A DNA stretch of 64,000 bases, from positions 67 through 64,066 of the forward strand of contig CAVZXU010000025.1 in NCBI GenBank assembly GCA_963779255.1, in the 5' to 3' direction. The stretch comes from Terriglobia bacterium. GTDB taxonomy: Bacteria; Acidobacteriota; Terriglobia; Terriglobales; Acidobacteriaceae. Shown here piece after piece: positions 1 to 10,908 of this stretch (position 1 is the stretch's first letter; each line of letters starts with the position of its first letter). A program made the position numbers and the translations under genes. Under the pieces are notes generated by a model. The model ran no database searches and was not told where the DNA came from. It saw only the letters and a program-made list of their open reading frames with translations.

Positions 1-2115
1 TCAGTTAAAGAGATGTTGGAGACGTACAGGCTGTTGTTGCCCGCGCCGGTAGAGGCGCCTCCCACGTTATCAATTCCACCCGCCACCCTGGTTGCAGTGG
101 GAGAAAGCAGGAACTGCGCACGTCCGGTATTGCCGTTGCGCACGTTGGGAACGTCCGTGTAAACGCTGCCGTAGTCGAACTCGCCGCGGGACCACGGTGG
201 CTGGAGGGTCGAGAACTTCACATGTTGCCACTCAAAACCCATTTTAAAGGTGTGTTTGCCGTAAATTTTGGTGAAGTCGTCTGTCACCTGGAAAGTGGAA
301 GTGACTTCATCGGAGGGCAGGAACGCATTGCTGCCCAGAGTTGACAGTCCATTGATACCGAAGGCGGGCAAGCCGCCATTCTCGTGCTCCTGCGGAATAC
401 CCTGGATGCCGAACTGGCGGGGATGTCGCTAAGATCATTGGCGGAGGGCGAAACGCGCGTAGTGTGCAAATAGTTGAGACCGGCGCGGGCCACGTTCACC
501 ATGGTCGGGGAAAATACGTGGGTCCAAGCCAATGCGCTCTGTTGAGCAAGCGCGGTCTGGTTGCCCTGCTGGAAACCCCCGCCGTCAGCCACGCCACCGA
601 AAATTCCGGGGATGAACTGGGGATCGTCCACGTAGCTGAAGCGGTAGAACAACTGGTTCTTTTCGCTGAAGTTGAGGTCAACCGGGTATCAAACGAGTTG
701 CGGTGCTCATCCAGCTAGGGAGAGTTCCCGTAATTCGAAAAGAGAGTGCCGTTGTTCGTTGGCAGGGGATAGAGATTAAACAACTTAATGGCGTTCGGAT
801 CCAGCCGGTTGAGCGGTAGCTGATTCAGGGTGCAGTTGCGCGAGACTGTATGCCGCGGTGCTGGGGCGCAGTTGGTGTTAATGGGGTCTCGGACAAAGCC
901 TGTGCTGGTCGCGACCCGGCCTGAGAGCGGATCGACCACGCCGAGCGTGACTGGCCGGGTGGTTGCAGGATCAAGAATGGTTCCTAGCGGGACTGGTCCG
1001 GCCTAATGCGTCAGTTTCGAGCTACCGTTTTGACCGGTGATCAAGTCGGAGAAATCTGCAAGCGTTGGGTCAGCGCCGAGGCCATTAATACCGTTTCGCT
1101 CCAGGACGGTGGGGACAGACCCGCTCAGAATGGTGCCTTGAAGCCGGCGCAGTCCTTCGTAGTCGCCGAAGAAAAGACTTTATTCTTGATAATCGGCCCG
1201 CCGAGGGAAACGCCGAACTGGTTCTGGCGAAGTTCGCCCTTGGGCACGTTGTGGAAATTTTCAAACCAGTCTGCAGCATCGAGCTTGTCGTTGCGGAGAT
1301 ACTCCCAGGCCGCGCCGTGGAAGCTCGTTGGTGCCCGACTTGATAGTGGCGTTGAGCACGGCGGCGCCAGAGCGGCCGAACTCGGCGCTGAAGCCGGAAG
1401 TCTGCACCTTGAACTCCTGGATCGCTTCCAGCGGGGGAAGCACCACATAGTTGGTTCCGTTCAGGAAGTCCACAGTGTCGGAATTGTTGTCAATGCCATC
1501 CAGCATGTAGTTGTTCTGTGCGGGCCGGTTGCCGTTGGCCGCGAAAGCGCCGGTGGCCGCGTTACCGCGGGTGTCCGCCTGCGGAGAGTTCACGCCGGCG
1601 GCGAGCTGGGCCAGGAAGGTGAAATTCCGGCCGTTCAGGGCCATGTTGTTGATGGTGTGGCTGTCCACAACCTGCCCGACCGAAGCGTCCTCGGTCTGCA
1701 TCAACGGGACCGTGGCGCTCACTTCAACCGTCTCACTGGTGGAACCTGGCTTCAGTTGCAGGTTCACCAACAGGCGCTGCTGCACGCTGACTTTCAGATC
1801 CTTCTGAGAAGTCGTGGAGAAGCCTGGGGCGGTGGCGGAAATACTGTAGTTTCCGATCCTGACCGGCGAGAAAGTAAATTCCCCGCTGCTGCTGGTGGCG
1901 GTTTGCAGCACCAGGCCGTTGTCTAAATTGGTCAGAGTGACCTGCGCGTTGCCCACGACCGCGCCGCTAGAATCCGTTACCAGACCGGTGACCGCCCCCT
2001 GGTCCACCTGGGCCAATCCGGGTTGCGTGGCAGTCAGCAGGAAACACACACAGGCAAGCGCGATGCAGCAAAGCGAACTGAACCAGCGCAGCAGAGGATA
2101 TTGATTGGCTCTCAT
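1..2115 (-). pseudogene. TonB-dependent receptor (CarboxypepD_reg-like N-domain, plug, beta-barrel). The 3' part runs off the window start. The frame is broken at least 5 times.
   Basis: ATG at 2115 is preceded by AGGAGA. A signal peptide MRANQYPLLRWFSSLCCIALACVCFLL is followed by GAVTGLVTDSSGAVVGNAQVTLTN and FKVQTSGFSAEFGRSGAAVLNATIKSGTNE. The protein continues in other minus frames (ORFs 1125..1448, 715..939, 284..652) and in an unlisted frame over 1..420 (GIPQEHENGGLPAFGINGLSTLGSNAF..FKMGFEWQHVKF). Confidence 0.8.
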
Positions 2116-2420
2116 GGTCGAGGTTCTCCTCTTAAACTCTTTGTTTGGTGACCTTCCAGGGCCGGATGCAAACGAACTGTGTCTTGTGCGTCCTAACATG
2201 TAAACGTGTACATTAGCGAAACGGGACAACCTTAGAACAGGTTTGGAGAACTTGTCAAGAATAAACTAGTACCTTTGTACTATCCTCCGCGTCTTGCCCA
2301 ATTCGGGGTTTCCCGGGTTGCGCGAGACCCCAAAATCTTGCTATAGCTGCCGACCCGCGAAGCTCGAATCGGTCTCTCCGTAGGGCCTCAATTCAGGGTT
2401 TCTTCGCGAACTTTGCGCGC

Positions 2421-2494
2421 CCTTTGCGCCTTTGCGGTAGTGATCTTTGATCTTGCCAGAAATAAAAAGCCTTAAACCGCAAAGAAGGCAAAGG
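2421..2494. repeat. REP-like inverted repeat built from CTTTGCG units
   Basis: cctttgcgcctttgcggt (2421-2438) faces accgcaaagaaggcaaagg (2476-2494), with a ~37 nt spacer. It lies in the intergenic region between divergent genes. Confidence 0.5.
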
Positions 2495-2614
2495 GGACAT
2501 TTTCCGGCGCCCCCCTAGTTTGGATTAACTTCGCCGCGGATGCTAACATGCGCTTCGGTGGGCCATCATGGCGGGGACACTTGAGGATGGCGCGTCACAA
2601 AGACGAAGACCACA

Positions 2615-5600
2615 TTGTTTTCACGTCGAACCTTCTTAAGAGGAATACGGTGGGCGCCTGTACTCTTTCTTCCGGCGCCCTTTCAGACAGCGCCTCTCCG
2701 GCTGCCGCTCTCCGAAACGTCCAGGGCCCGCTCCTCTTCATTCCCCTTCTCTGATTTCCGTCTGACTCCTCGCTATCCCGCGAAGTCCGCGCTCGATGAT
2801 GTTCTGCTGCAAGTTGTTCCGGGCGCGGACGAGTACCTCACCGAGAAGTACGCGTCTGAAATCATGCCACTGCTCAAGCAATGGAGCACAGAGCTCAGGA
2901 CGGCGCCACCCGCGCTCGCCGTCCTGACGAAATTCCTCGATGCCTCTATCGAGGCCGCTGCTCTCCTTCCGACTCGAGAAGTCGTGCAGCGTTCAGGCAA
3001 CGGCATCGAGGTCTTCCGCAGACGTTTCGCGAGGGATGTCATCTCCGGCCGCGAGCGATTTCTGCGCGAGATGGAAAACTATCTGGCCCCGATGTGGCGA
3101 GTGGAGACGGCGGAATTCGAAATCGTTGGGATCAGGGAAATCGCGGGCTCCTCGTCGATGTTCGATATCGACATTCGTTATGACCTGGTCGGCACTCGCA
3201 AGGACGCCGCGCGCGAGCAACGCGTGGGACAATGGCTGACTCGCTGGTCGCGCGATGAAGCTCAGGGCTGGCGCGTGTTGCGCTGGCAGGCGACCGAAGA
3301 GACCCTGGCTCGCGCCCGCGAACCGATTTTCATTGACGTCACGGCCCAGGCCCTCGGCCAGACTGCTTCATACAGAGATCAGATGCTTCGCGGTGTTGAT
3401 CACTGGCGCACCGTGCTCGACGGGGCGTCCGGGATCGACGTTTACGGCAACAATGGCCTGGCCATGGGAGATTTCGACAACGATGGATTTGACGACCTCT
3501 ACGTGTGCCAGCCCGCGGGACTTCCCAACCGCCTCTATCGCAATCGCGGGGATGGCAGCTTCGAGGATGTGACTGAAGCATCGGGAGTCGGCGTGCTCGA
3601 TGACACGGCCTGCGCTTTGTTCGCCGATTTCCGAAACAAGGGAGTTCAGGACCTTCTGGTAGTTTGCGGCGGCGGCCCGTTGCTGTTCCTGAACCAGGGG
3701 AACGGGAAATTCTCGCTTAAGCCCGACGCCTTCAAGTTTGCCCAGCCTCCGCAGGGAACGTTCACCCATGCCGCCGTCGCGGACTACGATCGCGACGGTC
3801 TTCTCGACATCTACTTCTGTCTGTACAGCTATTACGCGGGGCTGGACCAGTATCACTATCCCGTCCCTTACTTCGACGCGCGCAATGGACCGCCAAACTT
3901 TCTGCTGCACAACGAAGGTAACGCAACCTTCAGCGATCGGACTCAGGCTGCGGAACTGAACGTGGATAACGACCGCTACAGTTTCGCCTGCGCCTGGGGC
4001 GATCTCAATTCTGACGGGACACCCGACCTCTATGTGGCCAATGACTTCGGGCGCAGCAATCTCTACCGCAACAACGGAAATGGGACCTTCGCTACCATCT
4101 CGTCTGAGGCAGGCGTTGACGACGTGGGCGCCGGCATGAGCGCGTGCTGGTGCGATTTCGACAACGACGGGAACCAGGACATCTACGTGGCCAACATGTG
4201 GTCCGCTGCCGGCCACCGGGTTTCAGAACAAGAGATCTTCCATGAGAAAGATCCCGAGAACATCCGCGCCCTTTACCGCAGACACGCCCGCGGCAATTCC
4301 CTCTATCGCAATCAGGGCAACGGAAAATTTCAAAACATAAGCGAACAGGTGGGAGCCGAGATGGGCCGCTGGGCCTGGTCCTCCGACGCCTGGGATTTCG
4401 ACCACGATGGCTACCCCGACCTGTACATCGCCAACGGCTATATTTCCGGGCCCGACCCTCGCGATCTCTCCAGCTTCTTCTGGCGGCAGGTGGTGGGAAA
4501 TTCGCCGCAGAATTCGAACCCGTCGTCCAGTTACGAGCAGGGATGGAACGCGATCAACGAAATGATCCGCTCGGATTCTTCCTGGGCCGGCCCCGAGAGA
4601 AATGTTTTTTACGCCAACAACCGTGACGGCACGTTTTCTGACGTCTCCGGCGCAGTTGGTATGGACTTTCCCGACGACAGCCGCTCCTTTGTCCTTGCCG
4701 ACCTCGACCACGACGGACGATTGGAAGTCATCCTCAAGAATCGGACCGCGCCGCAACTGCGGGTGCTGCGCAACGCCATGAAAGATATTGGCCACTCCAT
4801 CGCATTCCGCTTGCGCGGACAAAAAAGCAATCGCGATGCGATCGGCAGTGCGGTCACGGTCGAAGCCGGAGCACTCCGCCAGACAAGATACCTCCAGGCA
4901 GGCTCCGGATTTTTGTCCCAGTACACCAAGGAGATCTTCTTTGGATTGGGGGAAGTCGAGGGCCCTGTCCGCGCCACGGTTCGCTGGCCCAGCGGTCTCA
5001 CGCAGACCTTTGCGAGCTTGCCGGTAAACCGCCGCATCGAAATTGAGGAAGGCTCGAATGACCTTGTGGCGAAGCCCTTTGCGGTATCGCCTCCTTCCTA
5101 TGCGCATGCTGGCGAACTCCAGAAGTTGCAACCTCTGCCATCGTCGGTTGAGACCTGGCTGATCGAGCCCTTGAGCGCACCGGACTTTTCGTTGCCTGAC
5201 CTGGAGGGTAAGACGTGGGACCTGCTGTCGTTCCGCGGCAACTTCCTCCTGCTTAGTTTTTGCTCCACCGCCTCCCGGCCATGCAGAGAACAGATGCGCC
5301 TTTTCCGCCAGGGTAGATCATCCCTTGCTTCTGGCGGCCCTCGCATCGTTGGCATCAACGTGGACGATCCCCGCGATGTGCGGACCGTGCAAACATTCGT
5401 GGCCCAGGAAGGCTTCTCCTTCCCCACACTGCTCGCCACGCAGGACATAGCAGGCGTCTATAACATTGTTTATCGCTACCTGTTCGACCGCCGCCGCGAC
5501 CTCGGCCTGCCCACATCGTTTCTCCTTAATAAGGAAGGCATGATCGTCAAGGTGTACCAGGGGCCGGTGACTGCGGAGCGGCTGCTGGCTGATGTGAAAT

Positions 5601-6424
5601 CGGTCCCGAGCAACTCAGCCGATGGGGTGCGAAGGGCCCTGCCGTTCGCCGGGACGCTTTTCCTGAGCGCGTTCCAGCGCAACGACTTTACTTACGGCGT
5701 TTCCTTTTTTCAGCACGGATATCTCAAGCAGGCGGAAGCGTCCTTCAAGCAGGTCATCGCCGCCAAGCCCGACCGTCCCGAAGCCTTTTACAACCTGGGG
5801 ACGCTGTATCTCAGGAGAAACGCCTTTCCCGACGCGCGCAAATATCTGGAACAGGCGGTAAAGCTGCGTCCGGAGTATCCCGAGGCCTGGAACAATCTCG
5901 GAATGATTGCCGCGAATGAAAATCAGGTGGACGAGGCGGTTCGCAACTTCCAGCAGTCGTTAGAACAGCGGCCAACCTACGCTATCGCGTTGCTGAACCT
6001 TGGCAACCTGTACCGGCGTCAGGGCAACCTGGCGGAAGCGGAGAAGTTTCTGAACCGCGCTCACGAAATTGAACCCGACGACCCCGAGGTCAACTACAAC
6101 CTGGGAATGCTCTACGCCCGCCAAGACCAGACCCAGAGTGCCCAGCAGTATCTCGAACGGGCCGTGAGCGTGCGCCCGGACTATCCCGACGCGCTCAACA
6201 ACCTGGGCGTGCTCTTTGTTCGTGAACAGCGTTATCCGGAAGCGGAGCAAAGATTCAAGACGTGCATTCAGGCGGCCCCCAATTTCGACCAGGCCTACAT
6301 GAATCTGGCCCGCCTTTACGTCATTTTGAATGACAAGGAAAAGGCCAGAGAAGTATTGCTCGCCCTGCTGCGCCAACAGCCGCAGCACAAGATGGCCCAG
6401 CAGGCGCTGGAAATGCTACATTGA
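2615..6424 (+). CDS. Large secreted FG-GAP/VCBS repeat + ASPIC/UnbV protein (CRTAC1-like) fused to a thioredoxin-like (TlpA/redoxin) domain and C-terminal TPR repeats
   Basis: Intact 1269 aa ORF. TTG start with a Tat-like signal MFSRRTFLRG. Repeated GDFDNDGFDDLYV / WCDFDNDGNQDIYVAN / LYRNNGNGTF motifs. UnbV_ASPIC-like block RGQKSNRDAIGSAVTVEAG..YLQAGSGFLSQ. Redoxin-like block DFSLPDLEGKTWDLLSFRGNFLLLSF. About 8 TPR units (AFYNLGTLYLRRN, AWNNLGMIAANEN, and others). Confidence 0.85.
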   Translation: MFSRRTFLRGIRWAPVLFLPAPFQTAPLRLPLSETSRARSSSFPFSDFRLTPRYPAKSALDDVLLQVVPGADEYLTEKYASEIMPLLKQWSTELRTAPPALAVLTKFLDASIEAAALLPTREVVQRSGNGIEVFRRRFARDVISGRERFLREMENYLAPMWRVETAEFEIVGIREIAGSSSMFDIDIRYDLVGTRKDAAREQRVGQWLTRWSRDEAQGWRVLRWQATEETLARAREPIFIDVTAQALGQTASYRDQMLRGVDHWRTVLDGASGIDVYGNNGLAMGDFDNDGFDDLYVCQPAGLPNRLYRNRGDGSFEDVTEASGVGVLDDTACALFADFRNKGVQDLLVVCGGGPLLFLNQGNGKFSLKPDAFKFAQPPQGTFTHAAVADYDRDGLLDIYFCLYSYYAGLDQYHYPVPYFDARNGPPNFLLHNEGNATFSDRTQAAELNVDNDRYSFACAWGDLNSDGTPDLYVANDFGRSNLYRNNGNGTFATISSEAGVDDVGAGMSACWCDFDNDGNQDIYVANMWSAAGHRVSEQEIFHEKDPENIRALYRRHARGNSLYRNQGNGKFQNISEQVGAEMGRWAWSSDAWDFDHDGYPDLYIANGYISGPDPRDLSSFFWRQVVGNSPQNSNPSSSYEQGWNAINEMIRSDSSWAGPERNVFYANNRDGTFSDVSGAVGMDFPDDSRSFVLADLDHDGRLEVILKNRTAPQLRVLRNAMKDIGHSIAFRLRGQKSNRDAIGSAVTVEAGALRQTRYLQAGSGFLSQYTKEIFFGLGEVEGPVRATVRWPSGLTQTFASLPVNRRIEIEEGSNDLVAKPFAVSPPSYAHAGELQKLQPLPSSVETWLIEPLSAPDFSLPDLEGKTWDLLSFRGNFLLLSFCSTASRPCREQMRLFRQGRSSLASGGPRIVGINVDDPRDVRTVQTFVAQEGFSFPTLLATQDIAGVYNIVYRYLFDRRRDLGLPTSFLLNKEGMIVKVYQGPVTAERLLADVKSVPSNSADGVRRALPFAGTLFLSAFQRNDFTYGVSFFQHGYLKQAEASFKQVIAAKPDRPEAFYNLGTLYLRRNAFPDARKYLEQAVKLRPEYPEAWNNLGMIAANENQVDEAVRNFQQSLEQRPTYAIALLNLGNLYRRQGNLAEAEKFLNRAHEIEPDDPEVNYNLGMLYARQDQTQSAQQYLERAVSVRPDYPDALNNLGVLFVREQRYPEAEQRFKTCIQAAPNFDQAYMNLARLYVILNDKEKAREVLLALLRQQPQHKMAQQALEMLH

Positions 6425-6445
6425 GCTTTTGGCACCTGTCTCAAA

Positions 6446-9025
6446 GTGCCCGCGGAGAAACACCGGGAGATGGTCATCGGCGCCTCATTTCAGCATTCAC
6501 GCAGCAACGCGCGCCGCAGGCCTGGACTGGGCCTCATCTTCGCGCTCGCGATCGTTTCCTTTTTTGGTGCAGGGTCGGCGGCGCAGCAATCCCCTCCCGT
6601 CCGGAGCGCCGCCCGGCCAGTTTCGAAAGCCCCATCGCCTTTCCTTGAGGCTGAGACCCTGCTGCGCCAGGGATCTGTCGCCGAAGCAAAAGTGAAAATT
6701 GAGGAGCAACTCAAGCTCAATCCCTCCAGCGTGGAAGGTTACAACTTGCTGGGAATCGCATACGGCAGCGAGAAAGACTATGACAACGCTCTGGAAGCGT
6801 TTCAGCATGCGCTGAAGCTCGATCCCGATTCCGCTCGGACTCATAACAACCTAGGGAACGTTTACGTCGCTCAGGAGAAATTTGACCTGGCGGAAAAAGA
6901 GTTTGGCCAGGTCTTGCGGGTTGATCCCGGCAACCGCGAGGCCAACTACAATCTCGGCCTGGTCCTGATGGCCCGCCGTTTGCCGGCCGAGGCCATTCCT
7001 CACTTCCAACGGGTGCGCCCGGCAGACGTGGCGACTCGTTTCAACCTTGTCCGCGCCTACTTTCAAGCCGGACATACGGCCGAAGGTCTGAGGCTGGCGC
7101 GGGAACTTTCCGCCACGAAGAGAGATGACGTTCAACTGCACTTCACTCTGGGTGTGTTGCTGGCGGGAGCAAAGCAGTACCCGGCGGCTCAACTGGAACT
7201 GGAGAAGGCCAACGCCCTGCAGCCGGAAACTTTTGAGATTCTCTATAACCTCGGGCAGGTCTATCTGCAGAGCGCCGAGTACACGAAAGCGGAACTGGTT
7301 TTGAGCCGGGCACTGAAACTGAAGCCCGATTCACCTGAAACTCTTTACCTGATGGCGCAGGTCTATTCCGAACAGACCAAAGTCAGTGGATGCCCTGGAT
7401 TTCCTGGTGCGCGCCCACAAGCTGGCGCCGGAAAATACTGATGTCATCTTTCTGCTGGCCCGGGTCAGCATGACGCAGAATTATTTTGAGGATGCGATTC
7501 CGCTCCTCGAATCCGGCGTGAAAATCGCCCCGAAGCGGGCCGATCTGCACGCCGCTCTGGGCGAGAGCTATTTCATGTCCGGGAAAGACCGAAAAGGCCA
7601 TCGACGAGTTCAAGTAGCTGATTGAACTGGACCCGTCAGCGCGCTCCTACGTCTTTATGGGACTCTCCTACCGGCATCTGGGACGCTTCGATGAAGCCAA
7701 GAAATATTTCGAGCAGGGGCTCAAACTGGATCCGCACAACCCTTCCTGCCTCTTCAACATGGGATACATCGAGGGACGGCAGGGAAACCAGGCCGCCGCG
7801 GAACGACTCTTCCAGGCTGCGCTCCGCTCGAATCCAGACTTCTCCGACGCGCTGCTGGAGTTGGCGAACCTGCGAATCGCCGATAAGAAATTTGAGGAGG
7901 CGGCGACGCTGCTGCGAAGATATGTGAAGGTCAGCCGCGATCCTGCGGCCGGATATTACAAGCTCGCCATGGTCGAGCGAAGCCTCCATCAGACGGAGGC
8001 GGCGCAGCGGGACTTGAATGTATTTCAGACCCTTTCCAAAGACGCGTCAGCGGGTCCGTATCCTTATCAGCATCTTTTCGATTATCTGGATAACCGCTCC
8101 AACCTTGCGCCTCAGGAGCGCACGCAACTGGATCTGACCGAACTGACGGCTCAGATCCAGAAGCATCCGGACCGCCCGCAAGACCTTTACCTGCTGGCGG
8201 AAGCGTATCTGAAACTGGGAAAGGTCGAGGAAGCCCGCACTACGATCGCGCAACTTGACCAGTTGAGCTCGGGCGACTATCGCACGCAGACCGGAGTAGG
8301 CGTGCTGCTCGCCCGCTTCCACTTGTACGACGACGCCATCCAGCACTTCCAGACGGCGTTGCGCGCCAATCCCGACTCCGACGACATAAAATTCGACCTG
8401 GCCGATGCTTACTTCCGAAAGGGCGCTTACGCCAGGCACTCGAAGCTGCCCAGCAAGTTTCGGCCACAGGTCAGCAGGACGACGGCCTTCCTGGCCCTAC
8501 TCGGAGACATTCACGCTCATCTGGGAGAGACTGCTCGGGCCGCCGAAATCTTCCGCGATGCGATTGCGCAGAAATCCCGACAACGATCAGAATTATCTCT
8601 CGCTCACTCTGGTCGAGCTACGTGAAAACGATGTCGGCGGCGCCAAAGCAGACGCTACAAAAAGGCATGACCCGAATTCCAGGCTCCGGCAAAATCCTCT
8701 GGGGCTTGGGAATTGTCTCGGTGCTCGAAGGCAACACTGTACAAGCCGCCGAACACTGGAACGCGCCGTTGATCTGCTGCCGGAGTGGCCGGGAAGCTAC
8801 TCCACGCTCGGCGTTTTTTACTACCAGACTGGACAAATCGACAAGGCCCGCGAAGTGCTGAACCGTTTCAAGGGCAGCAGCGCCGGCGGCCTGGATGTGA
8901 ATCGGATTGAAGAAGTGCTGTCCGGGCCCCGGCCAAGTCTTCTTCCGCGCAGGAACCCATGTCGATGGCTGCCCGGCAGCAATTACTTCAGCTGGCGCTG
9001 TCTGCTGGCTGACCGGACCCTCTAA
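6446..9025 (+). pseudogene. Secreted TPR-repeat protein broken into at least 5 frame segments
   Basis: A signal-like N-terminus is followed by TPR units (GYNLLGIAYGSEKDY, THNNLGNVYVAQEKF, ANYNLGLVLMARR). The protein continues across ORFs 6446..7441, 7386..7625, 7657..8625, 8622..8861 and 8405..9025, with sensible junctions (for example ..YSEQTKV / DALDFLVRAHKLAP). The 3' end is uncertain. Confidence 0.7.
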
Positions 9026-9148
9026 GAGCCCAGGCGGAAACCAGACGCAGACTGCGGGAGAAATCGAAAACGAGCAAGGAATCTGGTTCGGAGCTGGTGG
9101 CCGCGTAATCCTGGCGCTGATCGCGATATCGGAACGGTCTTCGCCACG

Positions 9149-10827
9149 ATGGCCTTCGCAGGCCAAGCCTCCGAAAACAGCAAGCACGACCGCGTGACCG
9201 TCCGTTACACCGACGTTCGACAAGCCGCCGGAATCACTTTCCTTCAGGATGGCACGGCACACCGACGAGAAGTATTACCTGGAAACCATGGGCACCGGCG
9301 TGGCTGGCTCGACTACGATCAGGACGGGCTGATGGATCTGTATTTCGTGCAATCGGCGGCTACCGATATCTACAAGCCACCGCAGCCGCTGCGCTCCGCG
9401 CTTTATCACAACAACGGCGACGGAACTTTTACTGACGTCACGGAAAAGGCCGGCGTGGCAGGTGAGGGACACTACGGGCAAGGGGTTGCCGTCGGCAGAT
9501 TTCGACAACGACGGCTATCCCGACCTCTACGTGACCGGCTACGGCAGCGCCATCCTTTATCACAACAACGGCAACGGAACTTTTACCGACGTCACCGCCA
9601 AGGCCGGAGTCGGCAGATAAAGGTGGATGGTCCGACCAGCGCGGGATGGTTTGACTACGACAAAGATGGATGGCTCGACCTGGTGGTCACCAACTACATC
9701 GAATGGTCGCCGAAGAACAATCTGTGGTGCGGCGAGCGCCGGCCCGGCTACCGTTCCTACTGCCATCCCGGAAACTACAAAGGACAGAGGACCAAGCTCT
9801 ACCACAACAATCATGACGGCACTTTCACCGACGTGAGCGACGCGTCCGGCGTGGGCAAGCCCGAATCCAAGGGAATGGGCGTGGTTCTGGCCGACTTCAA
9901 CAACGACGGCTGGACCGACATCGCCATCGCCAACGATACCTGGCCAAATTTTCTGTTTATCAACAAGCACAACGGAACTTTCGAGGACGTGTCGCTGATC
10001 TCCGGCATGGCAGCGAGCGAGGACGGGCGTTACGAGGCCGGAATGGGCATTGACGCCGCTGACGTTGACGGCGACGGCTGGCAGGACGTCTACGTCACCC
10101 ACCTCGATTTCGAATTGAATCGCCTCTACCACAATAACCACGACGGGACTTTCACTGACGAGACCTTCCGCTCCGGCATTGGAAACAAGGCCGTCCTGCT
10201 GAGCGGCGTGGCCGTGAAGTTTCTGGACTACGACAACGATGGTTGGCCCGACATTCTGCAATTGAACGGCGCCATGCTGGACAACATCCAGCTCTACCAC
10301 GGCGAAGTCTCCTACAAAGAGCCGCTGCTGATGTTCCGGAACCTGGGCAAAGGTAAGTTGGAAAAGGCGTCGGAGTCTTTGGGCCCCGACTTCATACGGC
10401 CCATCGCCGGACGCGGCCTGGCAACCGCCGACTTCGACAATGACGGCGACATCGACATCGCCACCAACAACCGCGGCGATTATCCCTCGCTCCTGCGCAA
10501 CGATGGCGGGAATGCCAACCACTGGCTGGAAGTACTGTTGATCGGGACGAAGTTCCAACCGCGACGGCGTCGGCGCTTCTCTGAAGCTGACCGTCCGAAG
10601 GCTTTATTCACGTGGAACAGGCCAAGGGTGGCATGAGTTACATGTCGGCCAGCGACCCGCGAATCCAGTTCGGACTGGGCAAACGCACAAAGATCGATTC
10701 GCTGGAAATTACGTGGCCGAGCGGACAGGTCGATCGGCTGACGAATGTTCCAATCGATCAGATCATCGCCGTCAAAGAAGGCACAGGAATCGTGCCGCGC
10801 AAATTCCCGAAGGTGCCGAGCAAATGA
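9149..10827 (+). pseudogene. ASPIC/UnbV FG-GAP repeat protein (CRTAC1 family), frameshifted; the 5' end is uncertain
   Basis: [35 protein letters not shown] and ADFDNDGDIDIATNN repeats are present. A frame break near 9497 (GVAVG then [32 protein letters not shown] in another frame) is restored near 9620-9640. There is a second break near 10550-10620. The C-terminus IQFGLGKRTKIDSLEITWPSGQVD is in ORF 10612..10827. Confidence 0.8.
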
Positions 10828-10831
10828 TGAA

Positions 10832-10902
10832 GTCTTCAGTCGGCGGTCGTCAGTCGTCATTGAGGCCGCTTTTCTGAAGACTGAAGACTGACGACTGACG
10901 AT
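10832..10902. repeat. Inverted pair of heptanucleotide tandem arrays (GTCTTCA/GTCGTCA x4, then TGAAGAC/TGACGAC x4)
   Basis: 10832-10859 reads GTCTTCA GTCGGCG GTCGTCA GTCGTCA. 10875-10902 reads TGAAGAC TGAAGAC TGACGAC TGACGAT. The units are reverse complements of each other. The array starts just after the stop codon at 10827 and ends 6 nt before the ATG at 10909. Confidence 0.8.
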
Positions 10903-10908
10903 GCCTTT

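Noticed and set aside
10832-10902. Possibility that the short tandem repeats are CRISPR arrays
   Set aside because: The units are 7 nt and directly abutting, with no spacers. The arrays are under 120 nt and no cas genes are present. No CRISPR array is supported anywhere in the window.
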